DNA from: Gemmatimonadota bacterium
GTDB taxonomy: Bacteria; Gemmatimonadota; Gemmatimonadetes; Palauibacterales; Palauibacteraceae
Assembly (NCBI GenBank): GCA_022360695.1
Contig: JAKSCH010000073.1
Coordinates: forward strand, 1-49,432
Direction of reading: 5' to 3'
DNA length: 49,432 bases
The first letter of the stretch is position 1. The number at the start of each line of letters is the position of its first letter. A program made the translations under genes and the position numbers. The notes under the pieces are model-generated. The model was given only the letters and a program-made list of their open reading frames with translations. It was not told where the DNA came from and made no database searches. Of this stretch, positions 1 to 8,866 are shown piece after piece.

Positions 1-106
1 CTCGAATGGCAAGGGACTTTTGATGCACCACACTAGCCCTTCTGTCTCTATCAAGGCGTCTTCAAACGCCGGAGGAGTACGTGGACACGCTGCTCGAGGG
101 CGTCCC

Positions 107-739
107 GTGACGGCCCGGGTCTGGTTCGACCACCTGGTCGTCGGCGTACGCGATCTGGCCGACGGGCGGTCGCAGTTCGAGGCGCTCTCCGGTGTCGCGC
201 CGGTCTACGGAGGGGAGCACCCCGAGCTGGGGACCCACAACGCGCTCGTCTCGTTGGGCTCGGTCGCGTACCTGGAGATCCTGGCGCCGCGCGACGAGTC
301 GGCGCTCGATCCGTCGTTCGGCGAGGCGATCGAGCACGAACGTCTCACGCCGATCCTCTGGGCGCTCGCCACGGATGACATCGAGGCCGTGCACCGAGCG
401 GTCGTCGATGAGGGGCTCCCGGCCGCCGCGCCCACGTCGGGCTCACGCGTGACGGCCGAAGGGACGACGCTCGGGTGGACGATGTTCATGCTGCCGCCCG
501 GGGCGCCGGCCGCGGCGCCCTTCTTCATCGAATGGCGTCCGGGTGACGCGCACCCGGCGACGACCTCGCCGGGCGGGTGCTCGCTTCGATCGCTCACGGT
601 GCGCAGCCCGGATCACGCCCCGTTGGGACGCCTCCTCGAGAGGCTGCGGGTCGAGCTCGACGTGACGGCGGGCGATGCCGGCTCGATCGCCGCGTCGCTC
701 GACGGGCCCGAGGGCCGGTTCGAGCTCGCCGGACGGTAG
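107..739 (+). CDS. Glyoxalase-like (VOC superfamily) domain protein
   Basis: The ORF spans 20..739. The recognisable domain starts at FDHLVVGVRDLADG...GGEHPELGTHNALVSLGSVAYLEILAP, a pattern typical of glyoxalase-like VOC proteins. An in-frame GTG at 107 gives the usual short N-terminus. The start is uncertain and could be as far upstream as 20. Confidence 0.7.
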   Translation: MTARVWFDHLVVGVRDLADGRSQFEALSGVAPVYGGEHPELGTHNALVSLGSVAYLEILAPRDESALDPSFGEAIEHERLTPILWALATDDIEAVHRAVVDEGLPAAAPTSGSRVTAEGTTLGWTMFMLPPGAPAAAPFFIEWRPGDAHPATTSPGGCSLRSLTVRSPDHAPLGRLLERLRVELDVTAGDAGSIAASLDGPEGRFELAGR

Positions 740-745
740 CTTGCC

Positions 746-1096
746 CTAGCCGTCCAGACCGGCGTGGAAGTGATAGACGGCCGGCTCCAGATCGGCCGAC
801 GCCTCGAGCAGCTCCACGGAAGGGTCGCCGTAGATCTCGATCGAGATGTCGGACAGCTCGAGCAGCCGGGCGAGCGAGGCCCCGACGTGGTCGATGTGCT
901 CCAGGAGCGCGTCTGAATCGGCATACGTCTCGCGCACGACGCACTCGTCGTGGTTTTCGTTGAAGAACCAGTCGTATTGCTGGGTACCGCCATCCTGCTC
1001 GCGGACGATCTCGATGATCTCGTCCGCGAGCCCGACGAACTCGTCGTACTTGCCGTTGTGGATGGAGAACCGCGCGCTGACTTGAATTTCGGTCAT
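746..1096 (-). CDS. Antibiotic-biosynthesis-monooxygenase (ABM)-like small protein
   Basis: 116-aa ORF with strong G/C at third positions. The size and the pattern (FSIHNGKYDEF...VRETYADSDALLEHIDHV) fit a ferredoxin-like ABM/quinol monooxygenase fold. It converges on the VOC gene. Confidence 0.65.
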   Translation of the reverse strand: MTEIQVSARFSIHNGKYDEFVGLADEIIEIVREQDGGTQQYDWFFNENHDECVVRETYADSDALLEHIDHVGASLARLLELSDISIEIYGDPSVELLEASADLEPAVYHFHAGLDG

Positions 1097-1127
1097 GGGC
1101 TCCTCATGACGTGAGGGTGGCTCGTCG

Positions 1128-2564
1128 CTACCGGATCCCGACCAACCCCCGAATCGAGTCGATGAGCTTCGGGGCGTCCCAACCGATGCCGTGACGAAAC
1201 ACGATCTTGGTGTTCTTGATGTGACCGTCGCGCTCCGGGTCGCCTTCCAAGACCACGAGATCCGCTAGCTTGCCGGCTTCGATGGTTCCGAACTCGTCGA
1301 GGCCGTCGAGGACCTCGGCGCCGTTCGCCGTCATGATCTGGACGACTTCGGGGACGGTGAACCCGGCCTCGAGCAGGAGCTCGAAGTTGCGCTGGTCGCC
1401 GTAGCCGGGCGGTGCCGCACCGTACCCGGTCGGGTCGACGCCGGCGGCCAGCGTGCCTCCCGCCTGCACGAACGCGTACTCGTACTCGAGCGCCTTCTGA
1501 TAGACGGCGGGGCTGATTCCGATCCCCGACTCGAGCGTCGCGTTGCGCACCACATCCGCGATCTCGCGGACCTCGGCGGCGATCTCGGGCGCGAGGATGT
1601 CGTACACGCGCTCGTCGATCGGACCGCGTCCGGGCACCGAGATCTCGTACACCGCGAGGGTGGAGGTCATCGGCACGTCGTTCTCGATCATGTCGCGGAA
1701 GGTGGCCTGAACGGCCTCGCTCTCGATGTCGAGATCGCCGTACTGACCGCGGAACCCGGACGGACACTGGTCGGGCTGTTTACCCGAGTAGTACTCGCTG
1801 TTGGCGAACAAGCCGTGCTCGAGGTTGTCGATCCCGGCGGCCACCGCTTCGCGGTAGCCGACCGAACAGAGGTGCGCCGTGACCTTCACGCCGTGCTTGT
1901 GGGCCTCGTCGATCGCCGCCGCCAGCTCTTCGCGGCTGATCCAGGTGTAGGCCTTGAACCAGCTGGCGCCCTCCTCGGCCCAGTACCGCACGAGCCGGCG
2001 CGCCGTCTCGGGTCCGTCCAGGTGGGCCATCGTGGGCGAGCCCTGCTCACCGGTCAGGTAGGGGCCGGTCGTGTACATGGTCGGCCCGATGGTGCGACCG
2101 GCGTCGATATCGCGCTTGAGGTTGAGCTCCTCGTAGGGCGCCCGCGCCCCGGTCGTCCGGATCGTCGTGACGCCCGACGCGAGATAGAGCCGCGAGCCGG
2201 AGAACGAGAGCTGCGCCGCCCGTCCGTTTCCGCCGGTGTAGTAGCTGTGGTTGTGGAGACCGACGAGCCCCGGGATCACGGTGTGTCCCGGAAGATCGAG
2301 CACTTCGGCGGAGCCGAGTCGACCCGCGAGCTCCTCCATCGCCCCGACCGCCGAGATCCGTCCGTCCTCGATGATGACGGTCTGTCCAACCCTCGCCGGC
2401 GCCCCCGTCCCGTCGATCACCTTGACGTTCGTGAGCGCGACGACGGAAGCGTCGACCGCGATGAACTCGTCGAACTGCTGGGCCTGCAGCCGCGCGGTCG
2501 GTGCGACCACGGCGGCGAGGGTGGCCAGCGCGAGCGACGCGGGTGTACGGAGACTCGACCTCAT
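1128..2564 (-). CDS. Exported amidohydrolase-family metallohydrolase
   Basis: The ORF spans 1128..3008. I trimmed it to the ATG at 2564 (cat at 2562-2564), which is preceded by GAAAGGA. This start gives the signal peptide MRSSLRTPASLALATLAAVVAPTARLQAQQ. The sequence has GLVGLHNHSY and a C-terminal IEAGKLADLVVLEGDP, both typical of amidohydrolases. Confidence 0.85.
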   Translation of the reverse strand: MRSSLRTPASLALATLAAVVAPTARLQAQQFDEFIAVDASVVALTNVKVIDGTGAPARVGQTVIIEDGRISAVGAMEELAGRLGSAEVLDLPGHTVIPGLVGLHNHSYYTGGNGRAAQLSFSGSRLYLASGVTTIRTTGARAPYEELNLKRDIDAGRTIGPTMYTTGPYLTGEQGSPTMAHLDGPETARRLVRYWAEEGASWFKAYTWISREELAAAIDEAHKHGVKVTAHLCSVGYREAVAAGIDNLEHGLFANSEYYSGKQPDQCPSGFRGQYGDLDIESEAVQATFRDMIENDVPMTSTLAVYEISVPGRGPIDERVYDILAPEIAAEVREIADVVRNATLESGIGISPAVYQKALEYEYAFVQAGGTLAAGVDPTGYGAAPPGYGDQRNFELLLEAGFTVPEVVQIMTANGAEVLDGLDEFGTIEAGKLADLVVLEGDPERDGHIKNTKIVFRHGIGWDAPKLIDSIRGLVGIR

Positions 2565-2617
2565 CGGATTGTCCTTTCTCACGTCGACACGATCGCGGGT
2601 CAGACGGCCATGACGGC

Positions 2618-4870
2618 TCAGCCGAACACCTCGATGACGGTCTTCATCCCGGATTCGAGGTGCTCCGCGATATGGCAGTGGATCATCCATCGCCCGGGAT
2701 TGGACAGCTCCAGCAGGATGTCCGTCGTGGATCCGGCCGGCAACAGAACCGTGTCTTTCCAGGCGAGGTTGTCGTTCGGCACTCCGTCCTGCGAAAGGAC
2801 GAGGAAGCGCTGGCCATGGATATGAAGCGGGTGCTGCATGGCGTGGAAGGCGCGCCGGTCGTTGACCAGGCGGATCTTCACGATGTCGCCGACGCGGAAC
2901 TTCCAGTCGATGTCCTCGTTCTCGAAGCCGGTGGCGGCGTCGCGGAGATTCCACCGGACCTCGCGCGCCGTCGTCGCCCAGTTCATCCGTGGCATCGTGC
3001 CCGTCCACTCGACCGGGTTGAAGTATACCCAGTCGTACGCCATGGACCGCTCGATCGGGCGCGGGAGGTCCGTCGTCTCCAAGGTCAGGATCAGCTCGTG
3101 GTCGACCGCGCGGTCGAACTGAGAGCGCACGCGATCGATGTCGGCGATGACGTCGGCGTTCTCCCGCAGCGTATCGAACGCGCGCGACGGGGTGTCGGGC
3201 GCCGCATTTTCCGTCACGTGGATCGTACCGAGCGCGAGCAGCTCGGGTCGAAAGACGCCCTGACGGTGGTTGATGCCCTGGACGTGGTTCACCAGCGCGT
3301 AGGAGCCGGGGCGGTCGAAGCGGACCTCGACCACGTACCGTTCGGCGGGAGCGAGCACGACGCTCCGGATGCGCGTCTCGCGCTCGAACTTGCCGACATC
3401 GGATGCCACGAGCTTGATCGGGAGTCGCCCGTCCACACTCGCCGCGAGCGACGCTACGTCCGAGACCGTGGCACCATCGACCGGCGCGAACGAGACGTTG
3501 AACGTCCGGGTGTTGGCGGCGTTGGTCAGGTGGAAGCGCACCACCTCGCCGCGCCGCACGTCGAGTCGATACCCGAGCCGCCCGTTGACGAGTGGCGTGT
3601 TTCCGAACCGCCCCATGAGCATGTAGTTGCTCGAGCCATCCCCGAACTCGACCAAGTCATCCGCATCGAGCAGCACGTCGTCGAGCATGAGGATCTCTTC
3701 GCGGTGGACGGGTCCGTAGTAGTCGGGATCCCGAGCATCCACGAGGAGATTGCCGTACAGCCCCAGCTCTTGCTGGATGTCCTCGCGGTGGTGCGGGTGG
3801 TACCAGTAGATCCCCGCGTCCTCGAAGTAGATCTGGTAACGAAACGAGCCGCCGGGCTCGACCGGGTCCTGTGTCAGACCGGGTACGCCATCGAACCGAT
3901 TGTCGAGTCGGATGCCGTGCCAGTGGATCGCGGTGGGGAAGGGCGTCTCGTTCGTGAAGTTCACGAAGATCGTGGACTTTTCCCGCACACGTATCAGGGG
4001 ACCGGGGTGTTGGCGGTTGAAGGCGAGCATGGCCACACGCCGGCCCGCGATCTCCCGGCGGACGATCCCGGCCTCGATGTCGAGCGTCCCCCCGTCGGGA
4101 AGCTCGACGAGCTGACGGGGAATCGTCTCGGGCAGCTCCTCCCAGCGCGGGAGATCCGCGGACCGAGACAGCGTGGTCGGGGACTCCCTCGGCTCCACGT
4201 CCATCAGACCCGGCAACATCGGGATGTCGGGGTATCGTGGCGGGGGCGCCCAGCGAAGCTCGCGTGGCGACATCGATCGCTGCGTCGCGGAGGGCGCGAT
4301 GGCGAGCAAGTCGTGCGCTTCCATCAAGCTGGAGGGCGACCTGCCACGCAGCACCAGCGGGCCCTCTCGGCGCTCGACATCGGGAGACGCCTCGGCGCTC
4401 ACCAGCACCAGGAACTTGTTGAGCGCCACGACCCCGAGCCGGTGCTCGCCGTTCGCGACGGGACCGAGCGGCGTGACGGGGTCCATCTCGAGCGGCGTCA
4501 CCCACGCGACGTACGTCGTGTACGGGCCGAGGCTCTCGGGGGGTGGCAGGTCGGAGATCCGTGCGGTCAGACCCCGAACGTGGTGCCCGGCGGGGGTGAC
4601 CGTGACGGTGAACGGCGAACCCACTCGGGTCAGCTCGATCAAGCCGTTGGCATCTCCGCCGGCGGCCGTGGCGAACAAGCTGATGCAATGCAGGTCGTTC
4701 GCGGTGCGGCCCGCGAACGGCCCGGTCGCTGGCTCGATCGTCTCCGACGCCCGGTTTCCCGCACGGGTCTCACACGCGCCGGTCGAACCCGGCAGTTGTC
4801 CCGCGATCGGGCGGGCCAGGGCGACCGTCGAAAGGACGATGAGAAACGTGAGCCACGGGCGGATACGCAC
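2618..4870 (-). CDS. Multicopper oxidase with a roughly 290-aa N-terminal extension
   Basis: All four copper motifs are present: AIHWHG, YWYHPHH, HPLHIHG and HCHIAEHLESGM. I trimmed the ORF to the GTG at 4870 (cac at 4868-4870), which gives the signal peptide VRIRPWLTFLIVLSTVALARPIAGQ. The longer ORF to 5374 would overlap msrB. Confidence 0.85.
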   Translation of the reverse strand: MRIRPWLTFLIVLSTVALARPIAGQLPGSTGACETRAGNRASETIEPATGPFAGRTANDLHCISLFATAAGGDANGLIELTRVGSPFTVTVTPAGHHVRGLTARISDLPPPESLGPYTTYVAWVTPLEMDPVTPLGPVANGEHRLGVVALNKFLVLVSAEASPDVERREGPLVLRGRSPSSLMEAHDLLAIAPSATQRSMSPRELRWAPPPRYPDIPMLPGLMDVEPRESPTTLSRSADLPRWEELPETIPRQLVELPDGGTLDIEAGIVRREIAGRRVAMLAFNRQHPGPLIRVREKSTIFVNFTNETPFPTAIHWHGIRLDNRFDGVPGLTQDPVEPGGSFRYQIYFEDAGIYWYHPHHREDIQQELGLYGNLLVDARDPDYYGPVHREEILMLDDVLLDADDLVEFGDGSSNYMLMGRFGNTPLVNGRLGYRLDVRRGEVVRFHLTNAANTRTFNVSFAPVDGATVSDVASLAASVDGRLPIKLVASDVGKFERETRIRSVVLAPAERYVVEVRFDRPGSYALVNHVQGINHRQGVFRPELLALGTIHVTENAAPDTPSRAFDTLRENADVIADIDRVRSQFDRAVDHELILTLETTDLPRPIERSMAYDWVYFNPVEWTGTMPRMNWATTAREVRWNLRDAATGFENEDIDWKFRVGDIVKIRLVNDRRAFHAMQHPLHIHGQRFLVLSQDGVPNDNLAWKDTVLLPAGSTTDILLELSNPGRWMIHCHIAEHLESGMKTVIEVFG

Positions 4871-4986
4871 GCCCGATGATGCCGGCGCCCGGCGTCGGCG
4901 AGCAAGCGATCCTCGTGGCCGGCGCCACGACCGCTCGTGCACCCGTCCAGCGAGTCGAACCCGGCGGCGCCGAGCGGGACGCGGCC

Positions 4987-5436
4987 CTACTCTCGTAGAT
5001 CCGGCAGCGGGTCTCCATCGGGCACGAACTCGAGCGCGACGCCGTTGTTGCAGAATCGCTGCCCGGTCGGCTCGGGGCCGTCGTTGAACACGTGACCCTG
5101 ATGTCCCCCGCAGCGCGCGCAGTGGTATTCGGTGCGCGGCAAGATCAACTTGAAATCTCTCTTGGTTTCGAGCCGACCGGGGATGCTCTTGAAGAAGCTC
5201 GGCCAACCGGTGCCGCTGTCGAACTTCATCTCGGTCGTGAACAACGGCAGTCCGCACGCGGCGCACACGAACGTGCCCGGACGTTTCTCGTCGTCGAGCG
5301 GACTGGTGCCCGCCCGCTCCGTCGCCTCCTCGAACAGCACCTTGTACGCGGGCTTCGACAGCAGCTCGCGCCATTCCTTCTTGTTCTTCTTCAGGGGCTC
5401 GATCGCCTGATCGAGCCCCTTCTCGTCGTTGCTCAT
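4987..5436 (-). CDS. msrB: Peptide-methionine (R)-S-oxide reductase
   Basis: Shows the SelR/MsrB signature: CAACGLPLF...GWPSF...EYHCARCGGHQGHVFNDGP, including two CxxC pairs and the catalytic-region motif. Its ATG overlaps the stop of the upstream FG-GAP gene (ATGA at 5433-5436). Confidence 0.95.
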   Translation of the reverse strand: MSNDEKGLDQAIEPLKKNKKEWRELLSKPAYKVLFEEATERAGTSPLDDEKRPGTFVCAACGLPLFTTEMKFDSGTGWPSFFKSIPGRLETKRDFKLILPRTEYHCARCGGHQGHVFNDGPEPTGQRFCNNGVALEFVPDGDPLPDLRE

Positions 5437-7004
5437 CCGCCGGGATTCTCCAGGATGAAGATCTTGTCGTCGGTCTCGTCGACGCCGGTCAGATCCAGGT
5501 CGCCGTCCAGGTCGCGGTCGTGGATCACCACACAGGATCCGTTCGTGCTCGCGGCGTAGCTCCGCGGGTTCGTCAACGTCCCATCGCCCGCGTTCTCGTG
5601 CACCGTGAAGCTGTTGCCGTCGAAGTCGCTCGTGACGACGTCCAGATCTCCGTCGCCGTCGATGTCACCCACGTCGACGGCGAGCGGCGAGGCGCCGGTG
5701 TCGTACTCTATGGGGTCCGCGAAGCCTCCCGATCCGTTGCCGATCAGCACGGCCACGTTGTCACCCTCGCGGTTCGCGGACGCCACGTCGACGTGACCAT
5801 CGCCGTTCAGGTCGCCTGCCACGATCATCCACGGCTTGCCGCCCGCGCGAGTTCGCGACTCGAGCGAGAGACCTCCCTCGCCGTCGCCCAGAAACGTGAT
5901 CACCTCATCGGTGAAGTAGGCGCCGACGAGCAGGTCCTGGTGGCCATCGCCGTTCACATCGGCCGTCGCACACGTCTTCTCGCCTTGACCCGGCGACGCG
6001 ATCTCGGCCGTCCGCGTGAGACCTCCGGACCCGTCGGCGTCATTGAGCAGCATCGCCACGTTGCCACGAGACTCTTCGGGTCCGACGGCCATGTTGACGG
6101 CCCCTACGTCCGGCCAACCATCGTGGTTGAAGTCCGCGATGCAAACGCCGCGGACGTTGCGACCCGACTGGATGTTGCTCCCGAGCTCGAACCAGCCGTT
6201 CCCATCGGCGAGAAATACCGACACGAGGTCGTTCCCGGCGTTGCCGACCGCGAAGTCGACGAGACCGTCGCCGTTGAAATCCGCGCCCTCGTTCGGGCTC
6301 GGCCAGTTGCCACCCGGGATGTCGAGGACGCGGAACTCGCTGTAGTCGCCCTTGCCATCGTTGAACATGATCCGGACGTCGGCCGAGACTTCGTTCGGGA
6401 TCGCGAGGTCCGGATAGCCGTCGCCGTTGAAGTCGCTCGCGTACGCACCGTACGGCTGCACGTGCGTCTCACCATCGTCGAGCACGACGCGCTCGCCGCG
6501 ATCGATCATGTCGAGCGAACCGGTCTGGGGTCGGACCCAGAAGTTCCACGCGAAGCCGGTCTCCATCGCCCCACCCGCTGCGAGCGCGGCGCCCGCCCGG
6601 AGCGATGCGGTCACCGACTCCCCGTAATGGAACGGCGTCTCCGGTTCGAAGCGGAGACGCCGACCGTCCTCGGAGAGATGGACCGATCCCTCGATCACGC
6701 CGCTCCAGCGACCGAACACGGACAGGTCACGGGGATCGAAGCGGTCCGGGTCGAGCGCCTCGCTCAACACGAGCTCGACGGGGCTGTCGGGCTCGGCTTC
6801 GATCGAGTTCGGCTTCGGGTACGCTTCCGAGATCGGCGCGACCGCGAGCTTCGCGCTCGATCCGTCGAGCCCCGGTGCGGCAACGTCGACCGCCGCGGCC
6901 GCGGCCGCGACACGATCCGCCCCCCCGGCCGTTACGACCACCGCGACGGCGACCAGGAGTGCGACGAGCAAGCCGGATATGGTCTTCTTCATGTGTCGCT
7001 CCAC
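5433..7004 (-). CDS. Exported FG-GAP/VCBS repeat protein with an N-terminal Ig-like domain
   Basis: Signal peptide MKKTISGLLVALLVAVAVVV. The motifs DFNGDG, DVNGDG, DLNGDG, DIDGDGDLD and DRDLDGDLD recur, which is typical of FG-GAP calcium-binding loops. The start may be the ATG at 6992. Confidence 0.8.
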   Translation of the reverse strand: MERHMKKTISGLLVALLVAVAVVVTAGGADRVAAAAAAVDVAAPGLDGSSAKLAVAPISEAYPKPNSIEAEPDSPVELVLSEALDPDRFDPRDLSVFGRWSGVIEGSVHLSEDGRRLRFEPETPFHYGESVTASLRAGAALAAGGAMETGFAWNFWVRPQTGSLDMIDRGERVVLDDGETHVQPYGAYASDFNGDGYPDLAIPNEVSADVRIMFNDGKGDYSEFRVLDIPGGNWPSPNEGADFNGDGLVDFAVGNAGNDLVSVFLADGNGWFELGSNIQSGRNVRGVCIADFNHDGWPDVGAVNMAVGPEESRGNVAMLLNDADGSGGLTRTAEIASPGQGEKTCATADVNGDGHQDLLVGAYFTDEVITFLGDGEGGLSLESRTRAGGKPWMIVAGDLNGDGHVDVASANREGDNVAVLIGNGSGGFADPIEYDTGASPLAVDVGDIDGDGDLDVVTSDFDGNSFTVHENAGDGTLTNPRSYAASTNGSCVVIHDRDLDGDLDLTGVDETDDKIFILENPGG

Positions 7005-7070
7005 AGCAGAAGGAGAGGGCGCGGCGCGCGGACGTCTCCCGATCGGAAGCGGGCGCAGCGCGCCACGAGC

Positions 7071-7991
7071 TTAGTTTCTCTGCGTACCTTCCACGAGCGG
7101 TAGGTCGTCTCGGGCGCCCCAGTCGTTCCAGGAGGCGTCGTAGAACCTGGCGTCGTAGCCCAGGTGCCTCGAGATCATGTAGGTGTAGCTCGCCCGCATC
7201 CCGATGAGGCAGTAGTTGACGACCACGCCGTCCTTCGACGCGCCGGCCTCGTCGAAACGCCCCTGCACCTCATCGAGGTCGCGGAGCTCGGGGAGATCCT
7301 CGGTTCGAGTGAGGTCGACCCAGTACAGGTTGTACGCGCCCGGGATGTGCCCCCCGCGGAGCCCTTCTCCTCCGGGGCGCTCCCCGGTGTACTCGTTCTC
7401 CGGTCGCGCGTCGATCAGGGTCACGCTCGGGTCGTCCAGCCGCTCGTGGATCCAGTCGGCGGAGACCAGCATGTCGTCCCGGACGTCCGCCTCGAATCGA
7501 CCCGGCGTCGCGTCGGTCATCTCGGCGACGACCGGGCCGCCCGCCGCCTTCCAGGCCGCCAAACCGCCGTCGAGCACCGAGGTCATGTCGCCGTGACCGA
7601 GATAGTCGAGGGTCATGAAGATCCGCGCGGCGATGTGCTGCGACCGCTCGGTGACGATGACGACTCGTGTATCGTTCGAGACCCCGACGCCGCGAAACAG
7701 CTCGACGAGATCGTCGACCGGGGGCAGCTCGATCCGAAGATCCCCGTTCTGGACCGCCACCTCGTGATAGTCCAGAAAGCGCGAGCCGGGGATGACTTCC
7801 TCGGGCATCCCCGCGTGCCCCATCCCCGGGTGCAGGATGACCACGCTCGGATCGTCCTTGTTCGCGGCGAGCCACTCGGCGTCGACCAGGATGCCCGGCT
7901 CCTGGGCCACACCCGATCGAGCGAGGGCGAGAACCGCGAGCCCGGCGAGCAGGCCGGCTCGTGTCGCGAGTGTTGATCGAGAAGGCTTCAT
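7071..7991 (-). CDS. Exported tandem-rhodanese sulfurtransferase
   Basis: The ORF spans 7071..8315. I trimmed it to the ATG at 7991 (cat at 7989-7991), giving the signal peptide MKPSRSTLATRAGLLAGLAVLALARSGVAQ. It has two rhodanese-like halves, and the second carries the active-site loop NYCLIGMRAS. Confidence 0.85.
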   Translation of the reverse strand: MKPSRSTLATRAGLLAGLAVLALARSGVAQEPGILVDAEWLAANKDDPSVVILHPGMGHAGMPEEVIPGSRFLDYHEVAVQNGDLRIELPPVDDLVELFRGVGVSNDTRVVIVTERSQHIAARIFMTLDYLGHGDMTSVLDGGLAAWKAAGGPVVAEMTDATPGRFEADVRDDMLVSADWIHERLDDPSVTLIDARPENEYTGERPGGEGLRGGHIPGAYNLYWVDLTRTEDLPELRDLDEVQGRFDEAGASKDGVVVNYCLIGMRASYTYMISRHLGYDARFYDASWNDWGARDDLPLVEGTQRN

Positions 7992-8186
7992 GCGTCTTCT
8001 CCCTTCGTGGTCAGGAGCCTGTTCGCGATAACGTACGCATCTGCGGGCGTTCCGTTTCCCACCACCGGTCTCGACGTCGTGCCCGTCCGGGGCATGCCCG
8101 TCTCGGTGACCGCGGTCGCCGAGTTTCGAGCCGGCGTGCCTGGCCGAGCATGAGAGACGGACCACCAACTGATTATCTTCTCCCGC

Positions 8187-8714
8187 GTGGAACCAGCCCT
8201 GGAGATGGCCCGCTCGTTTTGGGGTGACGCGCTCGACTTCGGTCCCATCCGATTCGTGGACAGCCGGGCCGCCCGGTTGACCGGGCGCGCCTTCGTCACG
8301 CACAACACGATTCACTGGCCGGGTCCGTCGCCCCGCGATCCGTCACCCCGCACCATGGCGACGGTCGTACACGAGCTCGCGCATTGCTGGCAGTACCAAA
8401 CGGGTCGTTGGCAGCTCACGCGCGGGATCGTGGAGCAGTCGCTGTTTACGCTGCTCGGCTGGTGGCTCCTCGCCCTCGGAGGACGGGCGCTGTACGACCC
8501 GTACGACTACGGCGGCCCGACCGGTCTCGCGGTCACGACGCGCCTCGCGAGCCTACGACTCGAGGCCCAGGCCGCGGTGATCGAGGACTGCTTCAAGCTC
8601 CGCTCGGGACATTTCGCCGGCGCGCGCGGCGCCTCGTTCCGCGACGAAGACGGCGACGTCACGCCGTATGCCGCGGACCTCGAGCGTCTGTGTCGCGACG
8701 CGGGTCTCCCGTGA
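8187..8714 (+). CDS. Small HExxH (putative zinc metallopeptidase-like) protein
   Basis: Contains TMATVVHELAHCWQYQTG, followed by YDPYDYGG and LEAQAAVIEDCF. As I recall, this resembles the small 'vgr-related'/DUF4157-like HExxH proteins. The start is either the GTG at 8187 or the ATG at 8205. Confidence 0.55.
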   Translation: MEPALEMARSFWGDALDFGPIRFVDSRAARLTGRAFVTHNTIHWPGPSPRDPSPRTMATVVHELAHCWQYQTGRWQLTRGIVEQSLFTLLGWWLLALGGRALYDPYDYGGPTGLAVTTRLASLRLEAQAAVIEDCFKLRSGHFAGARGASFRDEDGDVTPYAADLERLCRDAGLP

Positions 8715-8866
8715 ACGCGCCCGCGCGACTCGATCCCCGCGGGTGCGGCACCGACCACCTTCAAAACGGCGATCTCGAGAGGCCCCTCGGGGTACGGAGC
8801 TCAGGCCCGAGGTTGAAATCCGCCATCGTCCTGCGGAGGTTCGGGGGAACTCTTTCAGGAGGCCAC

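Noticed and set aside
2565-3008. N-terminal extensions of track ORFs, for example 1128..3008, 2618..5374, 7071..8315, 8384..10186, 11380..14448, 22725..24830, 24857..26980, 27080..29368, 28156..30294, 33634..34986, 36574..37866 and 39833..43666.
   Set aside because: The extensions overlap neighbouring genes or are Arg-rich non-protein-like sequence. In each case an internal start, checked in the DNA, gives a signal peptide, a canonical N-terminus (for example MCGIAG for AsnB) or a start/stop overlap with the upstream gene.
8783-8812. cctcggg-(14 nt)-cccgagg hairpin between the HExxH gene and the serine hydrolase gene.
   Set aside because: A 7-bp stem with a large loop and no U-tract could be a weak terminator or attenuator. 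It is not distinctive enough in GC-rich DNA to call as a feature.
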